The translations under genes and the position numbers were made by a program. The notes under the pieces were generated by a model. It was not told the origin of the DNA. It saw nothing but the letters and a program-made list of their open reading frames with translations, and made no database searches. Positions 24,849 through 34,574 of a stretch of DNA of 52,150 nt are shown in pieces; within the stretch, counting starts at the first letter, position 1; each line of letters begins with the position of its first letter. Source of the DNA: Chloroflexota bacterium. Lineage in GTDB: Bacteria; Chloroflexota; UBA11872; UBA12225; JAJDUF01. Where the stretch lies: contig JAJDZR010000290.1 of the NCBI GenBank assembly GCA_022824545.1, forward strand, positions 1-52,150, written 5' to 3'.

Positions 24849-27140
24849 CTAGAACAGGCTAGGCTGGACCAGGCGCTTGCGCGGGTCCTCGGCGGCCTTG
24901 AGGCGCGGGAACAGCCGGTCGAACTCGGCCTTGTCCGGGCACAGCACGGCAAACCGCCGCGCCATATCGTGCAGACGGCGGAGCAGATAGTCGCGGTCCT
25001 CGTCGTCGTTATAGGCGCCGGTCGGTGCCAGTGAGCCGTCACGCCGCTGGTAGACGGTAATCTGCTGACCGATACTCGCCCCCCGTGCGGCCTGGGCCAG
25101 CCGCCGGAGGCTCGGGTTCTCGAAGGTCCGTCTGGTGATGCTCTCGCGTCGCGCGAAGTCCTCCACGCCCAACTCCCCGGCGCGAATGGTCTCGGCAGCT
25201 CGGATGTACAGCTCGCTCACGTCGTCGAGCGAGCCGTCAATCAGGGCCAGCGTCGCGTGCTCGGCAAAACGGCGCAAGTACGGCTCATCGCGCCGACTCC
25301 GCAGGCTGCTGCCCGTCGTTACCAAGGCCCGGTCGTAGGTGACCAGCACGTAGGTCTTCTGCTTCAGCGAGAGCATCCCCAGATAGCGGCCGTCGTGCGC
25401 CAAGTGGATACCCGACGGAAGCCGGCTACCGACCGCCTCGATCAAGGCTTCTTCCGCCGCCTCGTCCCGCACCTCCGGCGGCGGCACAAAGTAGACGCCG
25501 TCGGTGTCCACTTCGATCACCTGGCAGCCGTGCTCTTCCAGCCACTTGAGCACCTGTTTGATGAGCCGCTGTCCGGTCGTGGTAATCTGCCGCGACGCCT
25601 CGTAGTCGTTGAAATTGGCGCGGCCGTAGCCGAGATAGCCGAAGAACGAGTTGATGAGAATTTTGAAGCTGCCCTGAATGGCGTCCCAATAGGTTCGGTC
25701 GGCACCGTGAGCGGCGCGCATCCGCTGTTTTGCGTCGAGACGGCGGCGCGTAAGCTCGTCCAGCAGCGGCAAGAACACGCCGAGATGATCCGACCGCGGC
25801 GTGATGCGGTAGTGCAGCATGATGGCGGGATACAGGCTCTCCACGTCGCACTTGACGACCGGCCGGAAGACGCCCGTCGCCCGCACCTCGGTATAGCCCC
25901 CGGGGTAGGGCTGCGGCTGCTCCGGTCGCGGGACGCCGTAGCCGGCGGCGAGGTAGGCGCGGATCAGCAGCGCGTTGATCTTCTCACCCGTGCCGCCGCC
26001 GGCGACATCCTGAAAGCTCCGGGGGATCAGCTGCGTCTGATAAAACTGCGTCGGTGTCACGACGGCGCTCAGGTCGCGCACGTCGCGGACGTCGTCGAGC
26101 GCGTAGGCCCGCAGCCGCTCCGGGTCGCGCCGCCACATGTCGGCAATCTCCGCGCGATCCACGTAGACCCGGCCCGGCCGTTCGAGACCTAGCCCTGGGA
26201 TCACCGCCTTGAGACCGTAGCTTTCCAACGCCCCGGCGGTATCGTATTGTTGCACTTGCTGATACGTGTCAATGATGTGCCGTCCGTGGATATGCACCCG
26301 CGTCGTCGGCAGCAGCCGGGCGCCGACCTTGTACCGATCCGTGCGTTGCCCGACCCGGATGGCCGAGCGGTCCCGTCCCCAGCGGAGTGGTACCCGCAGG
26401 CGTTTTGCGCGCGTCGCCAGATAGGGCAGATCGAAATCGAAGCAGTTGTGTCCCTCGATCACGTCGGGGTCCAGATCGCGTATCCGCTCGGTGAGGGCGT
26501 GGAGCAAGGCCGCTTCCGAGCCGCGTTGGTCCGTGAGCACCTCCTCGCAGCCCCGGTTGTCGGTCAGCGCCACCATCAAGACCTGCGCCTCGGGCGCCTC
26601 CGGCTGGAGTGACGTGGTCTCGATGTCCAGCTGCAAGCGGTGGAGGTCCTCGAAGGTCATGCTGCCAAAGAGCGTCCGCCCTCGCCGCACCAGGTACTGG
26701 CTCACCAGCGAGGGCGGACTGACGTAGTCCACCTGCCGCGCACGCAGCTCGGCCAAAGCGTGGGTCAAGTCCGACCAGCGGGCGAACGTGACCAAGTGGT
26801 CCAAGCCACCACCGCGCAGCGCCTCAACCTGCCGCTCGCCGGTAGCCAGCAGTGGCAGCGTCGCGGCGGCAACCAGCACCCAGGGACGGAACTCGTCCGG
26901 CTCAGTGATGATGGGTGCTGCGGACTGGCCGGCCCCGTCACGGACCGGCCGCCGGTAGAGCGTGACGGACCCGGGGCCGGCCGGCTCCACGGCCACAATG
27001 CCGGGCAGCGGATCGTGGCCATAGAGCAGCGCCTGCACGTCTGACGTGCCAGCCGCGCACGATGGCGCCAGATGTGGTGCGCGGCCGGCGCCGTCATCCG
27101 ACGCGCCACTGCTCCCGCCGCGCGCCGTAGTCTCAGCCAT
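24849..27140 (-). CDS. polB: Family B DNA polymerase (Pol II-like) with intact 3'-5' exonuclease motifs
   Basis: 763 aa. Exonuclease motifs: Exo I LDIETTS, Exo II GHNCFDFDLPYL, Exo III YALDDV. Polymerase motifs: Pol A DVESLYPAIM, Pol B KILINSFFGYLG, Pol C VDTDGVYF. Confidence 0.85.
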   Translation of the reverse strand: MAETTARGGSSGASDDGAGRAPHLAPSCAAGTSDVQALLYGHDPLPGIVAVEPAGPGSVTLYRRPVRDGAGQSAAPIITEPDEFRPWVLVAAATLPLLATGERQVEALRGGGLDHLVTFARWSDLTHALAELRARQVDYVSPPSLVSQYLVRRGRTLFGSMTFEDLHRLQLDIETTSLQPEAPEAQVLMVALTDNRGCEEVLTDQRGSEAALLHALTERIRDLDPDVIEGHNCFDFDLPYLATRAKRLRVPLRWGRDRSAIRVGQRTDRYKVGARLLPTTRVHIHGRHIIDTYQQVQQYDTAGALESYGLKAVIPGLGLERPGRVYVDRAEIADMWRRDPERLRAYALDDVRDVRDLSAVVTPTQFYQTQLIPRSFQDVAGGGTGEKINALLIRAYLAAGYGVPRPEQPQPYPGGYTEVRATGVFRPVVKCDVESLYPAIMLHYRITPRSDHLGVFLPLLDELTRRRLDAKQRMRAAHGADRTYWDAIQGSFKILINSFFGYLGYGRANFNDYEASRQITTTGQRLIKQVLKWLEEHGCQVIEVDTDGVYFVPPPEVRDEAAEEALIEAVGSRLPSGIHLAHDGRYLGMLSLKQKTYVLVTYDRALVTTGSSLRSRRDEPYLRRFAEHATLALIDGSLDDVSELYIRAAETIRAGELGVEDFARRESITRRTFENPSLRRLAQAARGASIGQQITVYQRRDGSLAPTGAYNDDEDRDYLLRRLHDMARRFAVLCPDKAEFDRLFPRLKAAEDPRKRLVQPSLF

Positions 27141-27266
27141 CGTGTCTACCCGTCACCATAGATCGTAGCAGCCGGCTGCGCTGCTAGACTGAACCATAGC
27201 GCCGGCCAGCAAGCTGACCGCTGCCGGCTAACGGCTGACCACTAAAAGCTGAAAGCTACAAACACC

Positions 27267-28415
27267 ATGAGCGCCGGTTTGGCGGAGCGTGTCAAGGCCT
27301 TGGCGCAAGAGGTCGGTTTCGACCGCGCCGCAATCAGCGACGCGCAGCCGCTGCACGAAGCCGAGCGTCGCATCAAAGCCAGCATCGCCGCCGGCTATCT
27401 GGACGGGCTGCACTGGTTCACGACCGAGCGAGCGCAGCGAGCCACCTACCCCACTGAGCTACTGCCGGGCGCCCGGTCCATCCTCGTCCTCAGCGCCAGC
27501 TACCTGGCCCGGATGACCCCGCCGGAGCCGGAGCCGGGGCGCCCGCGCGGCCGCATCGCGCGTTACGCCTGGGGCGCCGACTACCACGATGTCCTGCGGG
27601 ACATGGCCCGCGCGCTCGTCGAGCGGCTGCCCGCGGTGGCCGGCCGGTCGGTGCAGAGTCGGATTTTCGTGGACAGCAGCCCACTCGCCGAACGGCCCGT
27701 CGCCCAACGTGCCGGGCTGGGTTGGTTCGGGAAGAACACGAACATTCTGCTGCCCGGCGCCGGGTCCTGGTCGTTCCTGGCGGCTGTCATCCTCGACCTC
27801 GACCTGGAACCGGATCAGCCGTTACGCAAGACCTGTGGCGCGTGTACACTCTGCCTCCAGGCCTGCCCCACCCATGCCCTGCCCACCGCCTACGTGCTCG
27901 ACGGTCCCAAGTGCATCTCGTTTCTGACCATCGAGCTGCGGGCGGCCATTCCCCGCCCCCTGCGGCCCCGGATGGGTGCTTGGGTTTTCGGCTGCGACGA
28001 TTGCCAGGAGGTGTGTCCGGTCAATCGCAAAGCGCCAACGGCGCGGCTCGCCGCGCTGCGGCCCCGCACCGTGGATGACGCCTACCCGGAGCTACTGCCG
28101 CTGCTAACCCTTGACACCCAAGGCTTCCGTGCCCGCTACCGTGGCACGCCGATCACACGCCCCAAACTGTGGGGCTTTCAGCGCAACGTATGCGTGGCCC
28201 TAGGCAATGCCGGCGATCCGGCGGCCGTGCCGGATCTCGGCAGCGTGCTGGCAGACAACGACCGCCACCCGCTCGTCCGGGGCCACGCCGCCTGGGCGCT
28301 CGGCCGCCTCGGTGGCGGCACGGCCCGGCGTGCGCTCACCGCCACCGTCAGCAGTTCGCTCGACCGGACCGTCCAGGCCGAGGTGACGGCTGCCCTAGCG
28401 ATGCACCAAGGCTAG
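27267..28415 (+). CDS. queG: Epoxyqueuosine reductase
   Basis: 382 aa. Two 4Fe-4S clusters are present ([12 protein letters not shown] and CDDCQEVCP), with CISFLTIE and a C-terminal HEAT-like repeat ([11 protein letters not shown]...[13 protein letters not shown]). Confidence 0.85.
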   Translation: MSAGLAERVKALAQEVGFDRAAISDAQPLHEAERRIKASIAAGYLDGLHWFTTERAQRATYPTELLPGARSILVLSASYLARMTPPEPEPGRPRGRIARYAWGADYHDVLRDMARALVERLPAVAGRSVQSRIFVDSSPLAERPVAQRAGLGWFGKNTNILLPGAGSWSFLAAVILDLDLEPDQPLRKTCGACTLCLQACPTHALPTAYVLDGPKCISFLTIELRAAIPRPLRPRMGAWVFGCDDCQEVCPVNRKAPTARLAALRPRTVDDAYPELLPLLTLDTQGFRARYRGTPITRPKLWGFQRNVCVALGNAGDPAAVPDLGSVLADNDRHPLVRGHAAWALGRLGGGTARRALTATVSSSLDRTVQAEVTAALAMHQG

Positions 28416-28436
28416 AGCGCGCCTCCCCCGGCCGCC

Positions 28437-28461
28437 GTCATTCCCGCGCCAGCGGAAATCT
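28437..28461 (+). repeat. Family D hairpin GTCATTCCCGCGCCAGCGGAAATCT
   Basis: It lies downstream of the queG stop and is related to 45749-45775. Confidence 0.6.
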
Positions 28462-28497
28462 GGCGCCTGTGCGCTATCATTCGGTAGAGGTCAAGCC

Positions 28498-28788
28498 ATG
28501 GAGCCTGCTGCACTGCTCAAGAAGCACCGCGAGGCGATCCTCCGTCTCGCGGCCCGCCACGGCGCCTCGAACGTGCGCGTATTCGGCTCCGTCGCCCGCG
28601 GCGAGGCCGATGAGGCAAGCGACATTGATTTCCTTGTTGATCTAGCACCGGACCGCAGCCTCCTCGATCTTGGTGGCCTCTGGTGGGACTTGAACGACCT
28701 CTTGGGCGGCAAGGCAGATGTCGTCACGGAACAGGGCCTCCGGGATCACATCCGCGAACAGGTCTTGCAAGAGGCGGTTATGCTGTGA
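28498..28788 (+). CDS. mntA: Nucleotidyltransferase-fold antitoxin (MntA-type)
   Basis: 96 aa. It carries the [18 protein letters not shown] (GSx10DxD) minimal nucleotidyltransferase motif. Confidence 0.8.
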   Translation: MEPAALLKKHREAILRLAARHGASNVRVFGSVARGEADEASDIDFLVDLAPDRSLLDLGGLWWDLNDLLGGKADVVTEQGLRDHIREQVLQEAVML

Positions 28789-29126
28789 GAGATGACCGCA
28801 AACGCCTGGTGCATATCCTACAGGCTATCGAGCGAGTCGAGAGATATGCGGCTCGTGGAGAGCAGGCTTTTCGGCGAGATGAGTTGATCCAGACGTGGAT
28901 GGTACGAAACATCCAGGTGATTGGTGAAGCGGCGCGTGCTCTGTCGCAGGGGTTGCGCGACGACCATCCAAACATCCCTTGGTCGAGTGTCATTGGTATG
29001 CGCCATGTGCTGGTGCATGACTACTTCGAGGTTGATCTTGACATTGTGTGGCGAGTCATCGAGCGAGACGTACCTACGCTCAAACGCAATATCCGGAATC
29101 TCCTCGCGACGCTCGATACGCGCTGA
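28785..29126 (+). CDS. hepT: HepT-type (DUF86) toxin
   Basis: The GTG start overlaps the mntA stop as GTGA. The Rx4HxY motif is present as RHVLVHDY. 113 aa. Confidence 0.8.
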   Translation: MRDDRKRLVHILQAIERVERYAARGEQAFRRDELIQTWMVRNIQVIGEAARALSQGLRDDHPNIPWSSVIGMRHVLVHDYFEVDLDIVWRVIERDVPTLKRNIRNLLATLDTR

Positions 29127-29154
29127 TTGCGGCACAGGTCGGAGAGATTACACC

Positions 29155-29445
29155 GTGCAGCCCTCGAAGTTGGTGCGCGAGAAACGCCACGACATTCTGC
29201 GGATAGCGGCCCGCCACGGCGCCTCGAACGTGCGCGTATTCGGCTCCGTCGCCCGCGGCGAGGCCGGCCCCGGCAGCGACCTCGATCTCCTGGTCTCATT
29301 GGCCCCCGGGCGCAGCCTGCTGGATCACGTAGCCCTCTGGCAGGACCTGGAAGACCTGCTGCACTGCAAGGTGGATGTGGTCAGTGAGCAGGCCCTGCAC
29401 TGGTACATCCGCGAGCGAGTGCTGGAGGAGGCAACGCCCCTGTAA
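29155..29445 (+). CDS. Second MntA-type nucleotidyltransferase, no cognate HepT
   Basis: GTG 29155 lies in the ORF-track frame 28921..29445. The motif is [18 protein letters not shown]. It shares a 60-nt perfect identity tract with mntA. Confidence 0.75.
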   Translation: MQPSKLVREKRHDILRIAARHGASNVRVFGSVARGEAGPGSDLDLLVSLAPGRSLLDHVALWQDLEDLLHCKVDVVSEQALHWYIRERVLEEATPL

Positions 29446-29466
29446 CGGACAATCGGCCGGCCGCGG

Positions 29467-31215
29467 CTATTGCGCGCGGGGCAGCGGGACCGGCGGGGGT
29501 GTGCCGGAGGCCATAGGAGTCGAAGCCGTGGTGCCAGTGTTCCCCGACGGCGGCGGTGACGGTGTTATTGCCGGCGGATACGTCTCTTGCTCGATGTTGG
29601 ACACCTGCTCGATGTCGGGGACAACCGGCGGATATGCCAGCCCACCGCGCCCACCGCCCGCCGTAGCCTCGCCGGCCGCGACGTTCAAGAACATGGTCCG
29701 CGGCGCGTCCGTGCTAAACCGCCGCGCGAGTGGCGCCCCGGATAAGGCTGCTCCTCGCAGGTCACGTGCGCCGCGACCGAGGCGCAACATGTACTCGGTG
29801 GCCGGTGCCAGCGGCAGGGTGGGCACGATCAGCAATCGCGTCGCGTCGTTCTGCCACTCGTAGCGCATCGGTACCGGTGGCTCGAACTCTAGCGCCGCCT
29901 CCACGGAGGCCGCATCCATCGAGGCACTGAAGCGCAGCTCCAACTCCGGCTGGACAGTCACCCCGCGAGCACCGTCAGGCGGTGAGGCCTCGATCACCCG
30001 GGGCGCCGCCGGATCGAGCACCCCGACCAGCAGCCACGCGCCCGCCAGTTGCCCGGCCATGAGCACGACCGCGACCACACTCAGCACTGCGGTTGTCAGG
30101 CGCAGCAGCGGCGTGGCAGCGAGCCGCAGTAGTGCAGCGGCCGCCGCTGCGGGCCACCCGCTTGGCCGCGGCGGACGAGACGTTTCGGGAACGAACGTCA
30201 CATTGGCCAACGCACTCGCGTTGCTCGGCGTCGTGATCGCCGGCACTGCGGTCGGAGCCGGGTCTGCATCAACGGGCGCCAGCGCGGCGGGCGGCGCCTC
30301 CGGCAGCGACCACGAGGGCGGCGAATCGGTCACGCTCCCCTCGGCGGCGACGGTAGCGACGGCCTCCGTCAGTGCCGCTCCCGACTGGTACCGATCCTCG
30401 GGGCACTTCGCCAAGCCTTTCGCCAGCATGTCGCCGGCACTCGGCGGCAAGCCGGGGGCCAGGTCATGCACCGACGGCGGCGGCTGGTGGAGGTGTGCCA
30501 ACGCCGTAGCCATCGGAGTGTCCGCAGCGAACGGCACCCGGCCGGCGAGAATCTCGTACAGAACGACAGCGAGCGAATAGAGGTCCGAGCAGCCGGTTAC
30601 GGACCCACCCTCGATCTGCTCCGGTGAGCTGTAGTGCGGGCTGCCCCAGAAGTCCCCCGGCTGCGTGACCCGGATGGTGGCCTCGCGGACCTGCGCCAGA
30701 CCGAAATCGGCCAGGATCAGTCGGCCCGTCTCGGTGAGCAGGATGTTGCTGGGCTTGACATCACGGTGGAGCACGCCCTGCCGATGCGCGTAGTCGAGCG
30801 CACTTCCCATCGCTCGCGCCGTTGTCAGCGCGAGACGCAGCCGCTCTACCGGCTCGCGGTGCCCACGCAGTTGGTCGGCGAGCGTGCCACTGGTTACAAG
30901 CTCGGTGACAAGATACGGCAGATCGTCAACCTCACCGGCATCGAAGATTTCAAGGATATGTGGATGGCGCAGGGACGCCACCGACCAGGCTTCCTGCTGC
31001 AGGCGCGTGCGCGCGACCGTATCGGCTGCGACAACGGCCGGCAGAATCTTGATCGCTACCGCCCGCCCCAGCATGACGTGGACGGCCCGGTACACGTAGG
31101 CCATGCCCCCCCGCGCCAAGAGTGCCTCAATGCGATACGCGCCAATGCGGCGGCCCGGCCGGAGGGGGCTGGCGGCCCAAGGCTGCCACAGCCGGGTCTG
31201 ATCGCTGGCACTCAC
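29467..31215 (-). CDS. Hanks-type Ser/Thr protein kinase with one TM helix, extracellular Ig-like domain and Pro-rich tail
   Basis: Kinase motifs seen: AIKIL, HRDVKPSNILL, DFGLA. A TM helix lies around LSVVAVVLMAGQLAGAWLLVGVL. The C-terminal part is a beta-rich domain. Confidence 0.85.
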   Translation of the reverse strand: MSASDQTRLWQPWAASPLRPGRRIGAYRIEALLARGGMAYVYRAVHVMLGRAVAIKILPAVVAADTVARTRLQQEAWSVASLRHPHILEIFDAGEVDDLPYLVTELVTSGTLADQLRGHREPVERLRLALTTARAMGSALDYAHRQGVLHRDVKPSNILLTETGRLILADFGLAQVREATIRVTQPGDFWGSPHYSSPEQIEGGSVTGCSDLYSLAVVLYEILAGRVPFAADTPMATALAHLHQPPPSVHDLAPGLPPSAGDMLAKGLAKCPEDRYQSGAALTEAVATVAAEGSVTDSPPSWSLPEAPPAALAPVDADPAPTAVPAITTPSNASALANVTFVPETSRPPRPSGWPAAAAAALLRLAATPLLRLTTAVLSVVAVVLMAGQLAGAWLLVGVLDPAAPRVIEASPPDGARGVTVQPELELRFSASMDAASVEAALEFEPPVPMRYEWQNDATRLLIVPTLPLAPATEYMLRLGRGARDLRGAALSGAPLARRFSTDAPRTMFLNVAAGEATAGGGRGGLAYPPVVPDIEQVSNIEQETYPPAITPSPPPSGNTGTTASTPMASGTPPPVPLPRAQ

Positions 31216-31249
31216 TGATGCATCCTCTCAAAACGCGAGGCACAGTGTA

Positions 31250-33343
31250 CTAGCTGCGCTCGATGACGACCATCCCCTCTTCGAGGCCATCGAGGATTTC
31301 GACAATATCGTCGCCGACGATCCCTAGTTCCACGTTGCGCGTGCGCTTGACACCATCCTCCAACGTTTCAACGTAGCGGCGGCGCCCGGTGCTATGGATC
31401 ACACGGGTTGGCACGACCAATGTGTCTTCTCGATGCTGAATAGCGATCTCCAGCCGGGCGCGCATGTCTGCCTCGGCGCCTGCCTTGGGCCACTCCACCT
31501 GGAAGATCGCGCTGTTGTCGCTAATATCGGCTTGGGCAGTCGCGTATTGGGCCGGCAGCCCAACCAGCACTCCATCCAGGATCACCCCCGGAAAATCGTT
31601 AATGGTGATCTTGGCCGTCTGACCGAGTGCCAGTTTCGGAATATCGCTCGCCGAGAGGCCGGCGCGAATGACCAACTCGTCCTGGTTGGAGACCCTGATG
31701 ATCGGTTGGAAGGCATTGACGTTCTTGACCGGACGCACCTCGATCCGGGCAATCACCCCGTCGAAAGGAGCGAAGATCTGCGCTTTTGCTATCTGCTCAT
31801 CCACCCAGGCGAGGTCCATCGCCGCCACCTCGGCGCGACGCTCCGCTTCAAGGATTGCCAAGTCGTTCGCTTTCACGGCTTGCTCCGCCGCGCGCTCCGC
31901 TTGTGCCAGACGGATGACGGCGGCGTTATGGGCGCTTTCCGCTACTTGGAACCGGTAGCGGGCTTGCTGGTACTCCGCGTCAGCCGCCGCACCTTCCTTT
32001 AGTTCAGCACGGCGGAGCTTGGCAGACTCCAGGGCCACCTCGGCGCTGGGAAAGGCCGCCTCGACAGCCGCCACCGCCCGCTGCCGCTGCGCGATCTGGT
32101 GCCGCAAGCGCCGGATGGCGTCCTCGGAGGGTCCCTCCTGCGCGGCGGCAAGGTTGGCCTGCGCCTGCTCGACGACCAGCTCCGCCACACGGATGTCCAG
32201 CGGCTGCACCTGCTGGAGCTTCTGCAGCGCATTTTCCGCGCCCAGCACCGCGAGCTCCTGCAGCCGCATGGCCCACGGTGTCGGACCGCCAGCGAGCACT
32301 TTGGCCAGGCTATTCTGCGCCGCCTCCAAGGCCAGTTGCGCCAACCGGACGCTCGCCTCGGCCTGCAGGCGCTCCTTCTCGGTCCGGCCCCCGCGCTCGG
32401 CCGCTGCCCGATCCAGATTGACTTGGGCCTGCTCGACGGCGAGGCGGGCTACGTTGACATCCGCCTGGTCCACCGGCGGCGCGTCCCGGAGCTGGCTCAA
32501 CCTGGTACGCTGCACGTCGAGCGCGATCTCCGCCGACCGGATTGCCTCCGCGCTCGTGCCGGCCTGGGTCTTGGCCAGTTGCAGTTGCGCTTCTTCCAGT
32601 TGGCGCTCCGTGGCCGCGACCGCCTGCGGGTCCGGACCGGCCCACGCGGCTGCCAATGTCGCCTGCGCGGCTTCAAGTGCAATCTGGCGAGTAACAAGAT
32701 CGTTGGTCAGCCGGTCGAGATCGGCCTGCGCCTTCGCCACGGCGGCCTCGGCTGACCGCAGGGCAACCACGTCCTGCCCCTGCTCGAACGACTCCAGTTC
32801 CGACCGTGCCAGCTCCATTCTGATGCGTGCGGCCTCGGCCTCGGCCGCTTCTCTGGTGGTATCCGTGCTGACCTTCTTGGCGCGAGCCTGATCGAGCTGC
32901 ACCTGTGCCCGCTCCACGGCCTCCAGCACCTTGAGCCGCTGGTGCTGCAACCCCTCGGTATCCAGCTCGGCCATTAGGGTCCCGGCTTCAACCTGCTCCT
33001 TGGTGTCCACGTACATCGTCGTCATTTGCCCGCTCGACAGGAAGTACAGCGTCTGCTCCAACGACGGAGCCACGCGCCCACTCGACCGCAGGATTTGCGT
33101 GATCGGGCCGCGCTCCACCTTGACCGTCTTCGCCCCCGACTGCGGAGTGGGTTGTGCCTCCACCTCGCGCTGTACGGTCTCGTCGGGCGGCAGGACAACT
33201 TCAGTTTCCTGCTGTAACACGGGTAGCTCGATGTCACACCCCGTCAGGGCAATCAGCACGGCCAAGCACATGCCCGCCACTACGCCAACGCCCGGCGACA
33301 GGCAACGGCCCCCTCGCAGCACCGCCTCGGAGATGTATCGCAT
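31250..33343 (-). CDS. HlyD/membrane-fusion-protein family lipoprotein with an unusually long coiled-coil region
   Basis: A lipobox is present (IALTGC). About 395 residues are Ala/Gln/Glu-rich helical repeats. A C-terminal beta-barrel motif is present (FAPFDGVIARIEV...LGQTAKITINDFPG). I preferred the start at ATG 33343. The ORF track uses TTG 33352. Confidence 0.7.
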   Translation of the reverse strand: MRYISEAVLRGGRCLSPGVGVVAGMCLAVLIALTGCDIELPVLQQETEVVLPPDETVQREVEAQPTPQSGAKTVKVERGPITQILRSSGRVAPSLEQTLYFLSSGQMTTMYVDTKEQVEAGTLMAELDTEGLQHQRLKVLEAVERAQVQLDQARAKKVSTDTTREAAEAEAARIRMELARSELESFEQGQDVVALRSAEAAVAKAQADLDRLTNDLVTRQIALEAAQATLAAAWAGPDPQAVAATERQLEEAQLQLAKTQAGTSAEAIRSAEIALDVQRTRLSQLRDAPPVDQADVNVARLAVEQAQVNLDRAAAERGGRTEKERLQAEASVRLAQLALEAAQNSLAKVLAGGPTPWAMRLQELAVLGAENALQKLQQVQPLDIRVAELVVEQAQANLAAAQEGPSEDAIRRLRHQIAQRQRAVAAVEAAFPSAEVALESAKLRRAELKEGAAADAEYQQARYRFQVAESAHNAAVIRLAQAERAAEQAVKANDLAILEAERRAEVAAMDLAWVDEQIAKAQIFAPFDGVIARIEVRPVKNVNAFQPIIRVSNQDELVIRAGLSASDIPKLALGQTAKITINDFPGVILDGVLVGLPAQYATAQADISDNSAIFQVEWPKAGAEADMRARLEIAIQHREDTLVVPTRVIHSTGRRRYVETLEDGVKRTRNVELGIVGDDIVEILDGLEEGMVVIERS

Positions 33344-33480
33344 CGTTTCCAACGTTAGTTAAACCAACTCACCCTACATGGTATCGCCTAGAGCATGGTA
33401 GCTGCAACGTATCGCCCTATCTACGAGCTGATAGAGAGGCGGGAATGCTAAGTGCTGGGAGGTAGTAGCAGCCTTCCGTA

Positions 33481-34431
33481 TCAGGGCCGTAGCCCCGCCA
33501 GGATGGCCTCCGCCAGCTCCATCGTCTTGACCGCCTCGTCCAGATTGCAGGCCGGCGGCTCCACGCGAGCACCGCTCTTGACGCAGTCCAGGAAATAGCG
33601 ATCTTCCTCCTCGGTACCGCCCGTTTGTGGACGCGGTAGCTCGCGGCGCTCCCCGTCACAGAACACGACGGCCTGGTTCACACCCTCCAGATACGCCGAG
33701 ATGTCCCGCCCATGAATCTCGTACCGCTCCAGCCGGGCATCACTGGTCCAATTGAAGATCAGATTGGCCAGACAGCCGTTCTCGAACAGCACCAGCGCGC
33801 CGAAGACATCTTTGTACTTGTGCAAGGCGCGGCGGACCACGCTATGCACCTCCGCGACCTCGCTTTGGGCCATGGCACGCACCACGTCTACCGAGTGGTT
33901 GATCGACTCCCACATCATGTTGTCCAAGAACGAGTCGGAATACTTGCCCCGTCGCTCGAAAGCGGTCAGGCTCTTGTGGAATTCCCCGACCAATTGCACG
34001 ACGGGGCCACGCTCCCGGACCAACTCCTGTGCCTGCACGATCAGCGGATGCATCCGGCGATTCCAGCCGACCATCCCCTGCACGCCCGTGCGCGCAGCGG
34101 CGTCACGCAGGCCGCTCGTTTCCGCGGCGCTCATGCCCGGCGGTTTTTCCAGAAACGTGTTGACGCCGTGCTCCAGGCAGGGCAGCGCCACGGCGGCGTT
34201 GAGATGCGGTGGCGGCGCGATCCAGGCAGCGTCGAGCGACTCGGCAACGAGCAACTCGTTGACATCGGCATAGCGACGAGCAATGCCATGTTTGTCGCCC
34301 AACGCCTCGCGAGCCGCCCGTACCGGGTCGCAGACCGCCACAAGCTCCACGTCATCGCAGGACGCCAGAACGCCCGCGTGCTGGCCCCCTTTGGGACCAC
34401 AGCCCACGACAGCCACCCTCACACGCTCCAT
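33481..34431 (-). CDS. Gfo/Idh/MocA family oxidoreductase
   Basis: I trimmed the ORF-track frame 33481..34530 to ATG 34431 (MERVRVAVVGCGPKG). The rejected N-terminal extension is a translated repeat element. An EKPP motif is present. Confidence 0.8.
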   Translation of the reverse strand: MERVRVAVVGCGPKGGQHAGVLASCDDVELVAVCDPVRAAREALGDKHGIARRYADVNELLVAESLDAAWIAPPPHLNAAVALPCLEHGVNTFLEKPPGMSAAETSGLRDAAARTGVQGMVGWNRRMHPLIVQAQELVRERGPVVQLVGEFHKSLTAFERRGKYSDSFLDNMMWESINHSVDVVRAMAQSEVAEVHSVVRRALHKYKDVFGALVLFENGCLANLIFNWTSDARLERYEIHGRDISAYLEGVNQAVVFCDGERRELPRPQTGGTEEEDRYFLDCVKSGARVEPPACNLDEAVKTMELAEAILAGLRP

Positions 34432-34498
34432 GACCACACCTCCCACGTAACGCTGCGAGCCTACCCGCCCGGCCCTCGCTACCCCCGCTCTGCCGGCT

Positions 34499-34568
34499 CC
34501 CCCGTCCCCCCGTCGCAACGGGGGGGCCATAGGGGGGCGAACTCCTCACAAGGGTAGCTTTTTCGTGG
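34499..34568. repeat. Family B + family C modules
   Basis: The sequence is cccccgtccccccgtcgcaacgggggggccataggggggcg followed by cacaagggtagctttttcgtg (34547-34567). Confidence 0.7.
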
Positions 34569-34574
34569 ACGGCC

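Noticed and set aside
24849-27140. Family B polymerase as the core of a self-synthesising mobile element (casposon or pipolin-like)
   Set aside because: The flanks hold no Cas1, tyrosine/serine recombinase, terminal inverted repeats or tRNA target. Motifs A and B are of the ordinary Pol II type. The flanking genes look like chromosomal housekeeping or envelope genes.
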